A stretch of 64,000 nucleotides of DNA from Dipteris shenzhenensis (Eukaryota), in the NCBI GenBank assembly GCA_047967505.1, contig CM106538.1; one strand, 5' to 3'. A program made the translations under genes and the position numbers. This document shows, one piece after another, positions 12,367 through 26,400 of the stretch; positions within the stretch are counted from its first letter, which is position 1, and each line of letters opens with the position of its first letter. Under the pieces are notes generated by a model, which saw only the letters and a list, made by a program, of their open reading frames with translations, did no database searches and had not been told where the DNA came from.

Positions 12367-15300
12367 ATTGACCTCTTTGGTTCCCTACCTCGTTTAAGCC
12401 CCCTGGGGTTCCTCCCTTCATGGGGGGGGGTACATACTCCCACTCCCGCAATAAGACTAAGACCTACACCGAACACGGGTCTGTCAAACAAAATGGGAAA
12501 AGGTGGCAAGGATACAAATAAAGCCGCCAAGAAAGATGACAACAAAACCAAGAAACAAACACAACTGAAACCCGAAGATGTGAACACACGCTACAACCGT
12601 AGTGGACTCGGAGTGGACAACAAAGCAAAGGTAGGACCCATCTCTACCTCAGATTTAGTCACAACTTCAGCTTTAGTCTGAGCCTCGGTCTTAGCTACAT
12701 CCTCATCCTCGGCCTCAGTGCCAGCCCCAGCTTCAGCTCTAGTTACAATTTCAGTTACACTTTTAGCTCCACTTACGCCCACAACCTCTACAATTATAGC
12801 CACTGGCTCTGATATACCCCTACACATGACATCAATTGTTCCACCCTCCCCTAGGATAGAGGGGTTGCTACTGACACCATCTCTTCCATCTCTCCCTTCT
12901 TCTCCCACTACAAAGTCTCTCTCTGATTATGACACCTACTTTGGAGGGATCATACACTATTTTGCACTACTTGACCTTCCTCCCCCCTTTGCCTCTCAGT
13001 CAGCCCATGCTCCCACACCTTGCTGGGATCGCCTCATCTAGGCCACTATCATCTCCATACTGCACCTATCACCCAACCTCTAGTGTCATCCTCACACTTT
13101 TAGGCCACAATCCTTTTAGTTTTTGTTAGGGCACGGAGGAGCTGACCCATTAGATGCATGGGAGCACTTGTTGATGGAGGTCATGAGCATCCGAGAGCAT
13201 GAGAGGAAGATGTCACACTTCGCATAAGAGTAGATACACTTCACCCAAGAATAGGCACGTCTCATACAATAACAGTCTCAGGCTATCCGAGTCTAGGCTA
13301 ATCTTTTTCAGGGGCTCAAATAGGAGATCTCACAACTCTGATAGGAGGTCACTGCTATATGTACAATCCCAGGGAGCACCCGAGTTGTGGAGGCACAGAT
13401 TGCAAGCATGCAATCTGCCATCGAGGAGACATCCAGATGGGTCGACATAGCCAAACGAGAACCTGCAAGGGTAATTGTTTTGGTTACCCTCCTGGAGTAG
13501 TAGCAGAGAGCTAACAAGGCTCTCAGCATTAGAGTACATGGGATTTCCTGCACTGAGGCTACCCCAATGGTAGATGCATAGGCCTTCATGACCAATACCC
13601 TAGGGGTGACCGAGAACAAGATTGAGAGAGCATGGTAGGTTGGGAGGGACCCCAACCAAGAGCAGTACCTTATCATACGGTTCCATGATGCCTAGGCACG
13701 ACTTTTGACTTTACGTCATAGGTTAGCCTTACGAGACTAGCCAACGATCTCCATGGATGAGGACCTCACTCCACTACAGGTTGAGGAGAGGCATTTTCTG
13801 TTATAGCAGCGGGATCAAGCCCACAAGGAGGGGAAGTGGGCAATAGTATGAGACGGACTAAAATGCAGCATCTAGTTGTAATGGGGGTGACCCAAACTTC
13901 GCTCGAATGATCTGGTGAGGGACGAATGGCTTACCACAGATCATCCATGATAACATGAGAACCTATAACTGCTCCACCTTGGCCCACTCTGTATCTGACA
14001 AGTCTGGCCCCCAACATGGACTACCATACATCCCTACTGGGTGGACCAAGGAGTCAAGCAACTTTTGGGTCCATGGATCCTGAAAGTGAGAGCGGAAGCA
14101 CTGTCTCTCTAGTCTAGCCAACGAATCATATCCTCTACTCAGGCGTGCATGCATCACGAGTCTCATGGTGAAGATGGGTCCAAAAAAGATGACCCCAAGA
14201 TAAGTGTATGATGAAATTATCTCAACAGGGGACCCATCAAATGCAAAACGCTCATCACGCATGATGGCTCGACATGTATTGAAGATCATAACCTTGGTTT
14301 TACCCAAGTTGACCTTCAAATCATGAGACTCACAAAAGGACTGTAGTGCATCAAGGTATCCTTGGAGCCCCTCTACCGAGGAAGACAAGAGAGCCACATC
14401 ATCTACGTAAAGTAGTATTTGGATCAACGTGCCCCAAGAGAGGAGCTTGTCAATGTAGAGGCCAAACAAGATAAGAGATAATGGACACCCTTGTTTGACC
14501 CTAGTAGTGCTCATGATCTCTTCTATCCATCCAGATCCTGTCTGGACTCTACTTGAAACTTGATCATAAAGTGCTATGACAACCCAAATGATCTCCTGGT
14601 TGTAACCCAAATTCTATAGGCATCATATGAGGCGAGCTCTTGGAACGGTGTCAAATGCCTTGTAGAAATCCACAAAGCAAACCCTTTGCTTTTGTGCCCT
14701 CGCCTCCTTGATGATACATCTGAGCATGAAAATATGGTCCATGGTCCCATGATCCCACCTGAAATTGGCCTGTCCTACTGCTCTGAGTCCTCGAGACTCC
14801 GCAAAGCTGCTGACCTCAGAATCAAGCACTGATGTATAAATCTTGGACATGACATGTCCAATCATAATGGTCCTGTAACTTGGGTTCACGGGATCCCCTG
14901 CCTTGTGGATGGGTGAGATAGTGTTGATGGTATAGGTGCATGGGAACCCTAAGCAAACAGCTTCATTAAATAGCTTGGCTAAGATCAGGGCTAGGAGGTT
15001 AATCCCATATGCAATGAACTCAGTGCATAGTACCTCATGATCCTTCGCTCGACCATTATGAAGTTTCATTATGGCATCCTTTACCACCCCCCCTAGTGAA
15101 GAGGGTGCCAGATGTGGGGCATGGCATATGTGATCAGTTCGGGGCTGGCTGATTTGGGATATCATAGAGCGTGCATTCATAATCAGGCCACACTTGAGTG
15201 TCAGTGAGTGGTGGGGGGGAGTCCCTCTAGAAATCTCTACCAAAAGTCCTTAGAGTTGTTACTGAATAGAATGTGCAGTAGCTCCTCATTCCGATGCACG

Positions 15301-18300
15301 AAGTTAAGTTTTTTCCTGCATACCAGACGATGGTACTTGCATAGCATCTCTAGTTCGCTCGGAAGGCTATTTTTTGTTTCGAATCTGAGCTGATGGCATA
15401 AAGCCTTATACTCATCATCGTACCAACTACTACAAAGTATGGTCTCAAGTGGTGGTGGGTGGGTGGAGCAAGTGGTGTGGGGAAAGGCATGAAGAGCAAC
15501 CTTGTGTAGTGAGCGAGTGACTAGGGAAGCACGATTCTCTAATAGGGGTATAAAGTCAACGTATGTAAGAAGTATGTACAGACGGCTAGAGTAAGTAGGT
15601 GAGTGATCGTGATGAAAGCATATATCATGGTAGGTGGAGTAAGAACTCAATGAGGTGGAAAGTGTTGTGCGGTGGGGGGTAGAAATGCTAAAGAAAAGAT
15701 AGGTATGATTAGCCTCTGGAGGGAGAGGTGCTACGATAAAGTCAGTGATGTGAGATGTTAAGGTAGGGGATCCCACACACTACAGCCTCCCCCGTGTGGA
15801 AAGCAAGTGAAGCCACCTGATGCAGCCCATCTGTCAAGACCATTATAGATAATGAGATCATGCATCCTGTTGAGGTGTAATATGGCCTGCCCATAACATG
15901 TGAGTGGTCCTCGTCTGTCAGCCAAAACTCATAGCATACCTACCTCCTCAAGGTCAATGTCTGGCAGTACAGTGGAATCATCCCTGAAGTCGAGGAGTGG
16001 TGCCTGATGAGAGCCTATCCTCGCATTGAAGTCCCCAACTAGGAGGACTTCCCTGCAGCTAGAAAAGTCAACAATGGACTGGTAAGGACTGGTAAAGAGC
16101 AGCAAATGAGGATGTCTCATTCTCCCCTCGAATATCTCTAAAAAGCGGGAGGTCTCGAGGGGGAAGTAGCAAACTACAATAAACAAATCTTGGCTATCCA
16201 TGTGTCGCCCGAGAGATACCTAGAGTGTGGATCTCTCTACTCCACTAAGATGGCCCCCAAAAGTGTGGATCTGTAAAGGAATGCGATGGTGGATACACAG
16301 AGATTCGCCTACCCCACTCACTGAGGATCTCTCTTGGGCAGCAGTTCTGGGTCTCTTCAACTAGACTTCATATTGAGAACGGCGGCAGAGCAGAGCAGTT
16401 ACCTAGGGAGAGGTGCATATGCACATTGTATGACATGCAGGAGGTTGAGACATAGGAGCATTTCATCTTTAGGTGTCCTATTTACTATGAGATTCGAGGG
16501 CGTTTCTACTGCATCTTCAGAGATAGTTATAGGGTTTTGGCTCATTTCCTCTCCTACCCAGGCCAGTGATGTTTGTATGGTTTCATTCATGAGGTGCTCA
16601 GACACCACAATAGTATACTCTGATCATAGAGACAAGAGTAGACTTCTTCCTCGACTGATACCTCTCAAAGCTCTATCACGGAGTTCTTTCTGCCAGATCA
16701 CATAGACCCCCATGAGGCAAGACCTCGACATGACTGTGACTCAGAGCCTGTGACCCGACAACTTAGATAGAGGATTGACTCACAAATCATACTTGGGGAC
16801 ATCCCCTCCTTGTTTAGGGTCAAATCTCGACCGATGGAGGTCACAGTGGGCCTAGCTAGATGCAAATCTATGACTAGAGATGTGCTGAGATGGGTGACCA
16901 TTGTGCATTTATGTCACTGACTTGTTAGCTGCAGATGCAGTTACTTGTTAGCTGCAGATGCGGTTGATACACCGCCCATGAATAATAGCTGGATGACAAC
17001 TATCTTTATGTACTCTAGTTAGTGGCTCAATTAGTATGCCACCTTAGCTAAGTTTGGTTTGAGACCCACATATAGGGTTCACCTATTCTTTTGTACTAAG
17101 AGAGTTCTTTTGGCTTTCAAAACTAAGAAGAGAAAAATTATTTTTAGCCTCCACCTTTTTGTATATTCCCCCATTGTGTATGTGAGAAAGTTGCAAGTGA
17201 GACTCCTTCCTTCTCTCCCACTCTCTTCACATGGTATCAGAGCTCGGTTTGTGGTAAGGAGCTCAAGAAAGCAAACCAAGTTGGTAGTGCCCTAGTAAGA
17301 GGATCAGTGTTGCTTTCCTTTTTTTCGAGTTTGGGAGCAAATCTCTGCAGGTAGCACAGCCGAAAAGTGCAAGAGTGCACTATCTCAGATCAAGATGCCC
17401 TTCGCAGCCATTTTGGGGCCCGTTTTGGTGGCAAAAGTTTTCTGTAGGCACTCAGGAAAGTGCCCTATTTTTGCTATGCGACCACTGTTCTGTAGGTCGG
17501 TGAAAAGTTATCGCAGAAATTACATCGCATGCATGTGCGTAGAGATATTGGGAGTGACAAAATCATTGTTATCGCCTGTTGATGCATAATCCTCACTAGG
17601 AAGTGACTGTGTGGTCAAATACCACTCTCGTCAGTCCTGCAGATTTGCCCTTGTGAGGCAGAAGTTGTGTATTTTTGTAGTGACAGAATATTTTGCAGTG
17701 TTTTGTAATGGCATCTGATGCTCTTTCACAAATTTTCACTGAAAAGCTTGACAAGAACAACTTCCAAGCATGGAACTTTAGAATGACGAATTTCCTTAAG
17801 GGAAAAGGCTATTGGGAGTTCATTATTGGAGCTGAACAAGAACCAGTTATTCCTAATGTTCCCAATCAATAGGAGTTGCATGCATTTAAAGGCTGGCATG
17901 AGAGCCAGAAAAGTTATGTACTGGCTGTCTATCAGTATTTCAGATTCTATGATTGTGCATATTCAGGATGCAAGCATGCCGAAGGAGGCATGGGATACTT
18001 TGACAAAAATGTATAGCACAAATACGCAAGCCAGGAAAAAGCAGCTCAAGCAGGAGTTGCATAATGTGCAGAGAGAAAATATGAGCATCAATGACTACCA
18101 CATGAAGGTGAAGAAGATCGCAGATGCACTTGCTTTTATTGGGTCACCAGTGGAAGATGATGATTTAGTTTATGTGACCTTGAATGGTCTAGGAAAGGAT
18201 TATGCACAATTTCGGACATCCATTCCCATCCGTGAAAATTTTCCTAATTTTGAGGAGTTGATTGCTCTTTTAATTTTTGAAGAGCAGAGAAATGGTGGTG

Positions 18301-21300
18301 CATCTTCTTCAGAAGGAACTTCAAAAGAAGCTGTCTTCTACTCAAATGCTAGAAGAGGTAGAGGTAGAGGAAGAGGTAGAGGTAGAACTAGAGCAGGCCG
18401 ATTTGGAGGCCATGGCAAAAATTAGAATATGTAGCAAATTCAAGAAAACCAGTCCTATGGAGGAGGACATGGTAACTTTAGAGGCAGGGGGAGCCAAAGA
18501 GGTCGTGGTGGATCGCAGAGAGGCCAAAATGCAAACAACAATGTTGAATGCTACTACTATGGTAAAATGGGTCATATGGTTAAAGACTGCTATAAAAAGC
18601 AGAATGACATTATGATTGGAAAATTGCAGCAAGGCAATTATGCATCCTCTAATAGACAGGGTGATGACAAAAATGAGCATCTGTTTATGGTGCAGCACAT
18701 GACCAATTGTGTGATTATGATGTGTGGTATGTTGACTCAGGTGCATCAAACCACATGACAGGTCATGCAGAATGGATGCAGGATAATGGATGCAGGATGT
18801 AAGGAAAATGGAAAGACTAGGATTTGTGGAGACTGGTGATGATACTGCACATCCTATTGTGCAGATTGGTAAAATTCCTTTGTCTATGTAGGATGGAAAA
18901 AAGAAATACCTGTTTGATGTATTTCATGTCTCGAATACCACCAAGAATGTGGTTTCTATTGGTCAAATGGTTGAGCAGGGCTTGCAAGTCAGATTTAATC
19001 GTAATGGATGCTTTGTTGAGGATATGAAAAATAAAGGTCGCTTGATAGCAAAAGGGAAGAAGAAGGGCAAGATGTTTACGTTGGATGCAAACATGCCTGA
19101 ATTGAGTGCAGCAATATTTGCACATGGGACCACTGTAGTTGCAGATATTGATATCTGGCATAAATGCATTGGTCATGTTAATGTACAGTGACTTAAATTA
19201 ATGCAGGCCCAAAATATTTTTGTAGGATTGCCTAAGTTCAAGGTTGCAGAAATGCATAAGATATGTGAAGCCTGTCAATTTGGAAAACAGGCAAGGAAAC
19301 CATTTCCGAGACATGTTCAAGAGAGTAAGAGGCCATTGGAATTAATCCACTCTGATGTGTGGACTACTAAAGCTGCATCTATTGGAGGCTGTCATTATTT
19401 TGTCACTTTTATATGACTACAATAGAAAAGTTTGGGTGTATTTTATGAAAAAGAAAAGTGAAGTGTTTGGGCATTTCAAATCTTTTAAAGCTATGGTTGA
19501 AAAAGAAACAGGCCTGCAAATAAAATGCCTAAGGTTAGATGGAGGGGGAGAGTACCTCTCAAATGAGTTTGCAAGTTTTCTACAGGAGCATGGCATAAAG
19601 CAGCAATATTCATGCAGTCATACCCCACAACAAAATGGACTTGTAGAAAGGAAAAACAGGCATATTGGAGAGGTATCTCGTGCCATGCTTAATGAAAAAG
19701 GCCTGCTAGATTATTATTGGGCTGAAGCAGTTGCTACAGTAGTCTACATAATGAACAGGACTCCCACTGTAGCAACACATGGCATGACGCCAGAGGAGAG
19801 GTATACTGGTAGGAAACCAGATATTTCTCATTTGAATGTTTTTGGTTGCATTGCCTATGTTCTTGTGCCAGATGAGTTGAGATGCAACAAAGAGGGTATA
19901 CATGCTATAACCCTTCTACTCGTAAGTTTATGGTGAGCAAAGATGTTGTTTTTGATGAGATGAGCAGCTGGTATAAACCAAATGTGATTGATGATGTGGA
20001 TGCACAAAATGGTAATGCTACACAAAATTCACAACAGCAATGACAAAATATTAGTGGATCTATAGTGTCCTCTAGCAGTGGTTCACATACTTCGCCATGG
20101 ATATGCAGATTGAGATCAGGAGGATCTCCTCAAAGCAATGCAGATAGTGGTATGCAAGTATCATGAAAAGGAAAAGAGAAAGTGGATCAGCCCATGGTTG
20201 ATGTGAATGCAGGTCACTCTTATGTGGATGGTGAATCCAGTGGCTCAGAACAGAGCCTTGATGATGAGTTGGGTATTCCTTCTGTTGTTACACCTAGAGT
20301 AAGGAAGACAAGGGATGTTTTGAGAGCACCTAGTAGTGAGCCTATTTTGCGTAGGTCTATCAGAGCTAGGTATCCTATGGATAGGCTGAAATATGATGGA
20401 TTTACAGCCATTCATTATGCCTATATGGTCAAAGTGATACAGGGACTAGAACCCACTTATTTTGAGCAAGCCATGGGAAAAGAAAAATGGAAGAAAGCCA
20501 TGTATGAAGAAATGGATGCCTTGGAAGCAAATGCTACATGGGAATTGGTGCCTTTGCCTAAAGACAAGAGTGCAATTGGCTGCAAGTGGGTTTATAAGGT
20601 GAAGCACAATGCAGATGGTTCTGTGAACAGATACAAGGCAAGATTAGTTGTCAAGGGGTATGCACAGACATATGGCATTGATTATGAAGAAACATTTAGT
20701 CCGGTTGCAAGGATGGCAACCGTAAGAGCAGTCATTGCTATGGCTACATCAAAGGGATGGTCTTTACATGAGATGGATGTAAAAAATGCTTTCTTGCATG
20801 GTGATTTGCAAGAAGAGGTCTATATTGAGGAGCCACCAGGTTATGTTCATGCTGTTCATATTGAGTTTGTTTGTAGGTTGAAGAAAGCCTTGTATGGCTT
20901 GAAGCAAGCACCTAGAGCATGATCTGACAAGATAGGATAGTATGTTGTCACTATTGGCTTTCAGATTTTCAAGGCAGAGTTCTCCCTTTATGTGAGAAAA
21001 ACATAGAAAGGCATTATGCTGCTTGTCATTTATGTTGATGATTTGATCATCACAGGTGATAGTAATGAAGATATCATTCATGTGAAAATGCTATTGAAGT
21101 AGAAGTTTGAGATGAAGGATTTGGGAGAGCTGCGTTACTTCTTGGGCATTGAGGTGATTAGATCCACAAGTGGGATATGGCTATTGCAGAGGTAGTATGG
21201 ATTGGACATGCTGTCCAAATATGGGATGATAGGGTGTAAGCCTATTTCTATTCCTTTGGAGCAGCATGTGAAGTTGAGCGCAGATGTAGGTGAGCTTTTG

Positions 21301-22690
21301 GAAGACCCTACTATGTGCAGACGCATTGTAGCAAGTTTGATTTATATGACTATTACTAGGCCAGATTTGAGCTATGCTGTTGGATTGGTAAGTCAGTTTA
21401 TGCAGGCTCCAAGGAAACTGCATTTGGATGCGGCTAGATGCATACTGAGGTATGTGAAGTCCACATTGCAGTATGAACTATTTTATGAGACTGGGGTTCA
21501 GATACAATTGCATGGATACACTGATGTTGATTGGGCTGGTAGTATTTCTGATAGACGATCTGCTAGTGGGTATGTGTTCTCTTTTGGGAGTGCTGCAGTC
21601 ACTTGGAGCAGCAAGAAATAGCCTACAGTTGCCTTATCGAGCATAGAGGCTGAGTATAGGGGTGTAGCAATGGTTGCATGTGAGGCAGCTTGGTTGCATA
21701 AGCTACTTTATGATATGCATCATGGGCCAATTGTCATTTATTGTGACAACATGAGCAGTATACACTTGGCAAATAACCCAGTCTATCATGCTAGAACAAA
21801 GCACATTGAGGTGCATTATCACTATGTGCGGGATAAGGTTCTAGTAGGCTTTATTGATCTAGTTTATGTCAGCACAGAGGATCAGGTAGCTGACGTATTC
21901 ACGAAGGCATTGGGTGCAAAGAAGCTGCGCAAGTTCAGAGACCTGCTTGGTGTGCAGGAATTGGGATTGAGCTCAAGGGGGAGTTTTGAGATATCGAGCT
22001 CCACTGGTGATATGCCAGGGTGACCGTTGTGCATTTATGTCACCGACTTGTTAGCTGCAGATGCGGTTGGTACACCACCCATGAATAATAGCCGGATGAC
22101 AGCTATCTTTATGTACTCTAGTTAGTGGCTCAGTTAGTATGCCACCTTAGTTAGGTGAGTTTGGTTTGAGACCCATATATAGGGCTAATCTATTCTTTTG
22201 TACTAAGAAAGTTTTTTTGGCTTTCACAACTAAGAAGAGGAAAACTGTTTTCAGCCTCCACCGTTGTGCATATTCCCTCATTGTGTATATGAAAAAGTTG
22301 CAAGTGAGACTGCTTCCTTGTCTCCCACTCTCTTCACAAGATGTACTAGGATTGCACCCTTGGGGAGGAGACATCGCTCTATTGGTGACCTCATGCCTCG
22401 ACTTCCACAGCCTTATCCATCCTGATGGCTTGCCTGCTAATCATGATGATGATGATGGTTATGATCATGTCGAGATAATGATGCAAAGATTGATATATAT
22501 AGTCAAGATATGACTATGTTGTACTTAGGAATTCGTACTGCCATTTTGCATTGCACTTTTTTGCATTCTGCATTGGTGTGGATGCTCGTTTAGTAGCTCC
22601 ACTACCACAGCTCATTGTATCAAGTTTTTCACAGTCTCATAGACCCATCGGTCTTCCGAAGACTTTAATAAAACTTTCTTTCTTTCTTTC
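12367..22690 (+). mobile_element. Two-ORF non-LTR retrotransposon (LINE, RTE/RTEX-like by inference), degenerate, with internal inversion and a nested Copia
   Basis: ORF1-like on + (12492-~13858, ...MDEDLTPLQVEER); endonuclease (LLVGDFNARIG) and RT (GQANFR, FVDFYKAFDTV, KQGCPLS, YVDDVAL) on - at ~13860-16290; C-terminal zinc-knuckle region (RLHIENG...CICTL...EHFIFRCPIYYEIR) on + from ~16290; AATAAA at 22667 followed by a (CTTT)4 tail. Confidence 0.85.
16883..22338 (+). mobile_element. Ty1/Copia family A copy 2, full-length, degenerate
   Basis: 5' LTR 16883-17231, PBS TGGTATCAGAGC 17232-17243 (initiator-Met tRNA type), gag-PR-INT-RT-RH fragments, 3' LTR 21984-22338, TSD AGATG at 16878-16882 and 22339-22343. 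Confidence 0.97.
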
Positions 22691-23460
22691 TCCCTCCCTC
22701 TTTCACTCCCCACTTTACCATGATATCAGAGCCTTTGGTGCTTCCAAGGAGTTCCAAGCCCCTGCTTCTTGTCAAGGCACCAACCCTCCTTATGTGAGGC
22801 ACCCTCCATCTCCCGACATGAGAGATCCACAAGGTTCATTCTTTATGTGAGAGAGTTTTCATGAGAGAGAGGGGCAAGCCCTTGATCGTCAAGGCAACAA
22901 GACCTCCCTCGTGAGGCATCTTCATTTCTACTCTATTTCTTATGCTTTCCAAAGTTTCAAGAAAGGACTACCTATGGAATAAGTGTTGAGGATGGTGTAA
23001 ATTGCACCATACCTTAAGGGCATTAGGGAAAATCCCTAACCCTAACCCTAAGTGGTTCTCATGTATATATTCATGATTATGTTCAATAAAATGTAGTGTA
23101 TGAATAGTTATATTGTGTGCACTCCTATCTCTCTCCCTCTATCACTCCCTAATCTATCATGATATCAGAGTCTACTCATGATTATGTTAAATGCAATGTA
23201 GTGTATGGATAGTTATATCATGTGCACTCCTCTCTCTCTCACTTCCCACTTCATCATGATATCAGAGCCTATGGTGCTCCCAAGCCCTTGCTTCTTGTCA
23301 AGGCACCAAGCCCTCCTTGTGCGAGGCACCCTCCATCTCTCATACAAGAGATCTGCAAGGTCCATTATTTATGTGAGAGAGTTTTCATATGAGATAGTGC
23401 TAGCCCTTCCGTCAAGGCAAAAAGCCCTCCCTCATGAGGCATCTTTATTTCTAATGTAGC
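22690..23460 (+). repeat. Tandem partial copies of family C LTR end, PBS-like site and leader
   Basis: CATGATATCAGAG (variant of CA-TGGTATCAGAG) at ~22719, ~23158 and ~23256; ~200-bp leader repeated at 22719-22930 and 23256-23453. Confidence 0.75.
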
Positions 23461-26400
23461 TCTTCTTGTAGAGCAAAAAAGTAGGGAAAAAGCTCATGAT
23501 CCTGATATCTGAAGCTTTACTTCTATTCATTTCAAGTTTTCCTTCCTTCTTTGAGGCCTCTTGAGTTCATTCCTTGAGTTTTTTGAGTTCTCTTGAGTTC
23601 ATTATTTAAGAGGTGAGTATTTGATGGATTTAGTATTCTAAGAGGTGTGAGGAAGAGGTGTAAGGTTCCTTAAGCTAGTTTTGATCCATCCATCTAGTTT
23701 TGGTTTTGGTCATAGTGACCTAAGTCAAGGCTTCTTGAAACGCCTCTCAATAAGCTCCTATCATTCACAACCACTCTGCACAACTGCAATAAATTCCTTC
23801 TCAAGGATGTTAGATATGCTCAATGCCCCACCCTCTTGGTAACCACCAGTGGTCCAAGGTGCTCAAGTTGTAAGGCCCCCATATGAGGAGAAGCCATGTG
23901 TTAGTGGATCCTGACTTGCATGTCATATGAGGTCTATCACGATGGGATCATTGATGGTAGAAAGGTGATCTATGTGAGTCTAGCCTATGGGCTAGGCAAG
24001 GTAGTTAAGCTGATAGCACAATGAGGCACATTGTCTTGATAGGCGACGGTATAGGGAATATTCCTTGAATATTCCATGGACGACTAGTTGGTTCCACCGA
24101 CTAGGTTGACTGGTTGGCTCCACCGACTAGGTTGACCAGTCAGCTCCACTAACTAAATTGATCCAACTACCGCCCTCATAGCTATAAAGAGGCGACCTTC
24201 CTAGTCCATTAAATTAGATCAGACCTTCTAGCTAGTAGCTCTTCACCTACTATCTGTCTAGATCACCATCTAAGCTCCACTGTGGGAGCGCACGGGTGGA
24301 TGGACCCATCATCTGTACTACATCAGTATTGAAGGAAAATTTTGTTAGTCTCTAGTTTAACATGGTATCAGAGCCTAGGCGACTCTAAGGATCGAAGAGT
24401 AGAAGAGAGGCGAGGGCTTCAACAGCATACAGAGTGATGGCATCGGGAAACGGCTCAAGTTCAGCAGCTGCAGCGACAATCCAGGCGTTGAGGATTGGCC
24501 CACCAGCCTTCATTGAAGGCAAGCTAGATGGTATGAGCTACACGCTGTGGAAGTTTAAAATTACTGCTATTTTGGATTCGTATGAGCTTTTAGAGATAGT
24601 ACTGGGGACTGCTGAACCAGAACCAGAAGAAACCCCCGACCTAGCAAATGCGGGGAGAATGATACCTCCTAATGCTGACCTTCTACGAGCTTGGAAATGT
24701 AGGAACGCAGATGCTTTATGTGCCCTGGTTACAAGTACTACTATTAGTGTTTTGACCTTGATTCAACATACATCTAAGGCATTTATGGCCTGGAACATAT
24801 TGAAGAGTCAATATGAGATGCGGAATTAGACAAGGATCTAGAACCTAGAGAATCAGCTCGCAGCTGAGAAGTTTAATGAAGGAGAGACAGCGGAGGCGTT
24901 CATAACCTGAATAAAAAATCTGCATGACCAGATGGCTGGTGCTGGGATACAAAATACTAGTGAAGAGCTAGCTCGACGGTGTCTCCAGATATGTCCACCA
25001 AGGTTTGATGGATTGGTAATAGCGCTTAACACTCAGGTGAGACCCCAACCATTGACATTTGAGGATTTTTGTGCTTTACTTATATGGAGGAGAAATTGAG
25101 GCTTAAAGCTCAAGATGGAGGTGGCAATGGGGATGCTGCATTCTCTGCCACTGTGAAAGGCAAAGGTGGTTCCTCTACTAATGGTGATAAAAGGAAGAAG
25201 GGTGGCAAGAAGAAGTTTTAGGGGGAATGCTTCTATTGCAAGAAGAAGGGTCATGTTATTTTTACACTACGGAAGTAGAGTTGGATCTATTTTTTGCCAT
25301 TGAGGAAGAGTGTTCCTTAGTTCAAGAAGCTTCAACCAATGATTCATGGGTGTTGGATAGTGGTGCCTCCCATCACATGACCTACAAGAAGGGTCTATAT
25401 TGTTCCATGAGATGGGGAGGTGTATGTTGAAAGGTGCTAAACTGCCAAACCACTTTTCGGCTGAGGCTATCAATACTACGGTTTACATCCTTAATCGTAG
25501 CTATACAAAGGCAGTCGAAGGAAAAACACCACATGAGGCTTACAACAGTAAGAAGCCATCTTTCTCCAACTTCAAGATGTTTGGGTGTGAATGTTATGTG
25601 CATGTACCAGGAAGAGAGAGAAACAAGCTACAACCAAAAAGCACCAAATGTATCTTCTTAGGCTATTGTGATGAGAAGAAAGCCTATAAGTTGTATGACC
25701 AAGAGGCGAAGCGAGCAGCGATGTGGTGTTCAGGGAGCAGCCACATGCAGTGGAGGCAGAGAAGAGCTCTTCCACTTTATCATCAAGCGAAGAGGTAATT
25801 CACCATGGACCTCTCCCAGGAGCTATAAAGGAGGAGGAAATATTAGATGATGAAGGTACAAGTCACCAACCTATTGTTACACCACTAGAAAAGCCATTGC
25901 TATGATGGGTAAGGTAGCTCTACGACCATGACAACCAGATGCCTATGTCTATTAGGCAGCATGCAGATGGACCAAGGCGGTCTCAGAGAATCTAGGAGCA
26001 AAGGAGGGCTTCTACTCACATAGTCAATATGGCCTTGATGGTTGAGATTATTGCAAAAGTAAAGGAGCTTGTGAGTTTGGAGGAAGGACTTGCAGACCAA
26101 GATTGGAAGAACGCTGTGCAAGTAGAACATGACAGCATCATGAAGAATGAAACTTGGGAGTTGGTAGATCGACCACCTAACAGAAGGGTTATTGGCACCA
26201 AGTGGGTTTGGAAGGTAAAGTACAAGATGTGCCTCAGTATGTGTACAGAAAATTGTTCTATATGTGGATTATCTCCTCATTACAGGTGACTATGAAGACA
26301 AGATCCAACAGACTAGAAAGGTGTTGAGCACTGAGTTTGAGATGACAGACTTAGGCTTGATGCACTACTATTTGGGGATTGAAGTCTGGCAAGAGCCAGG

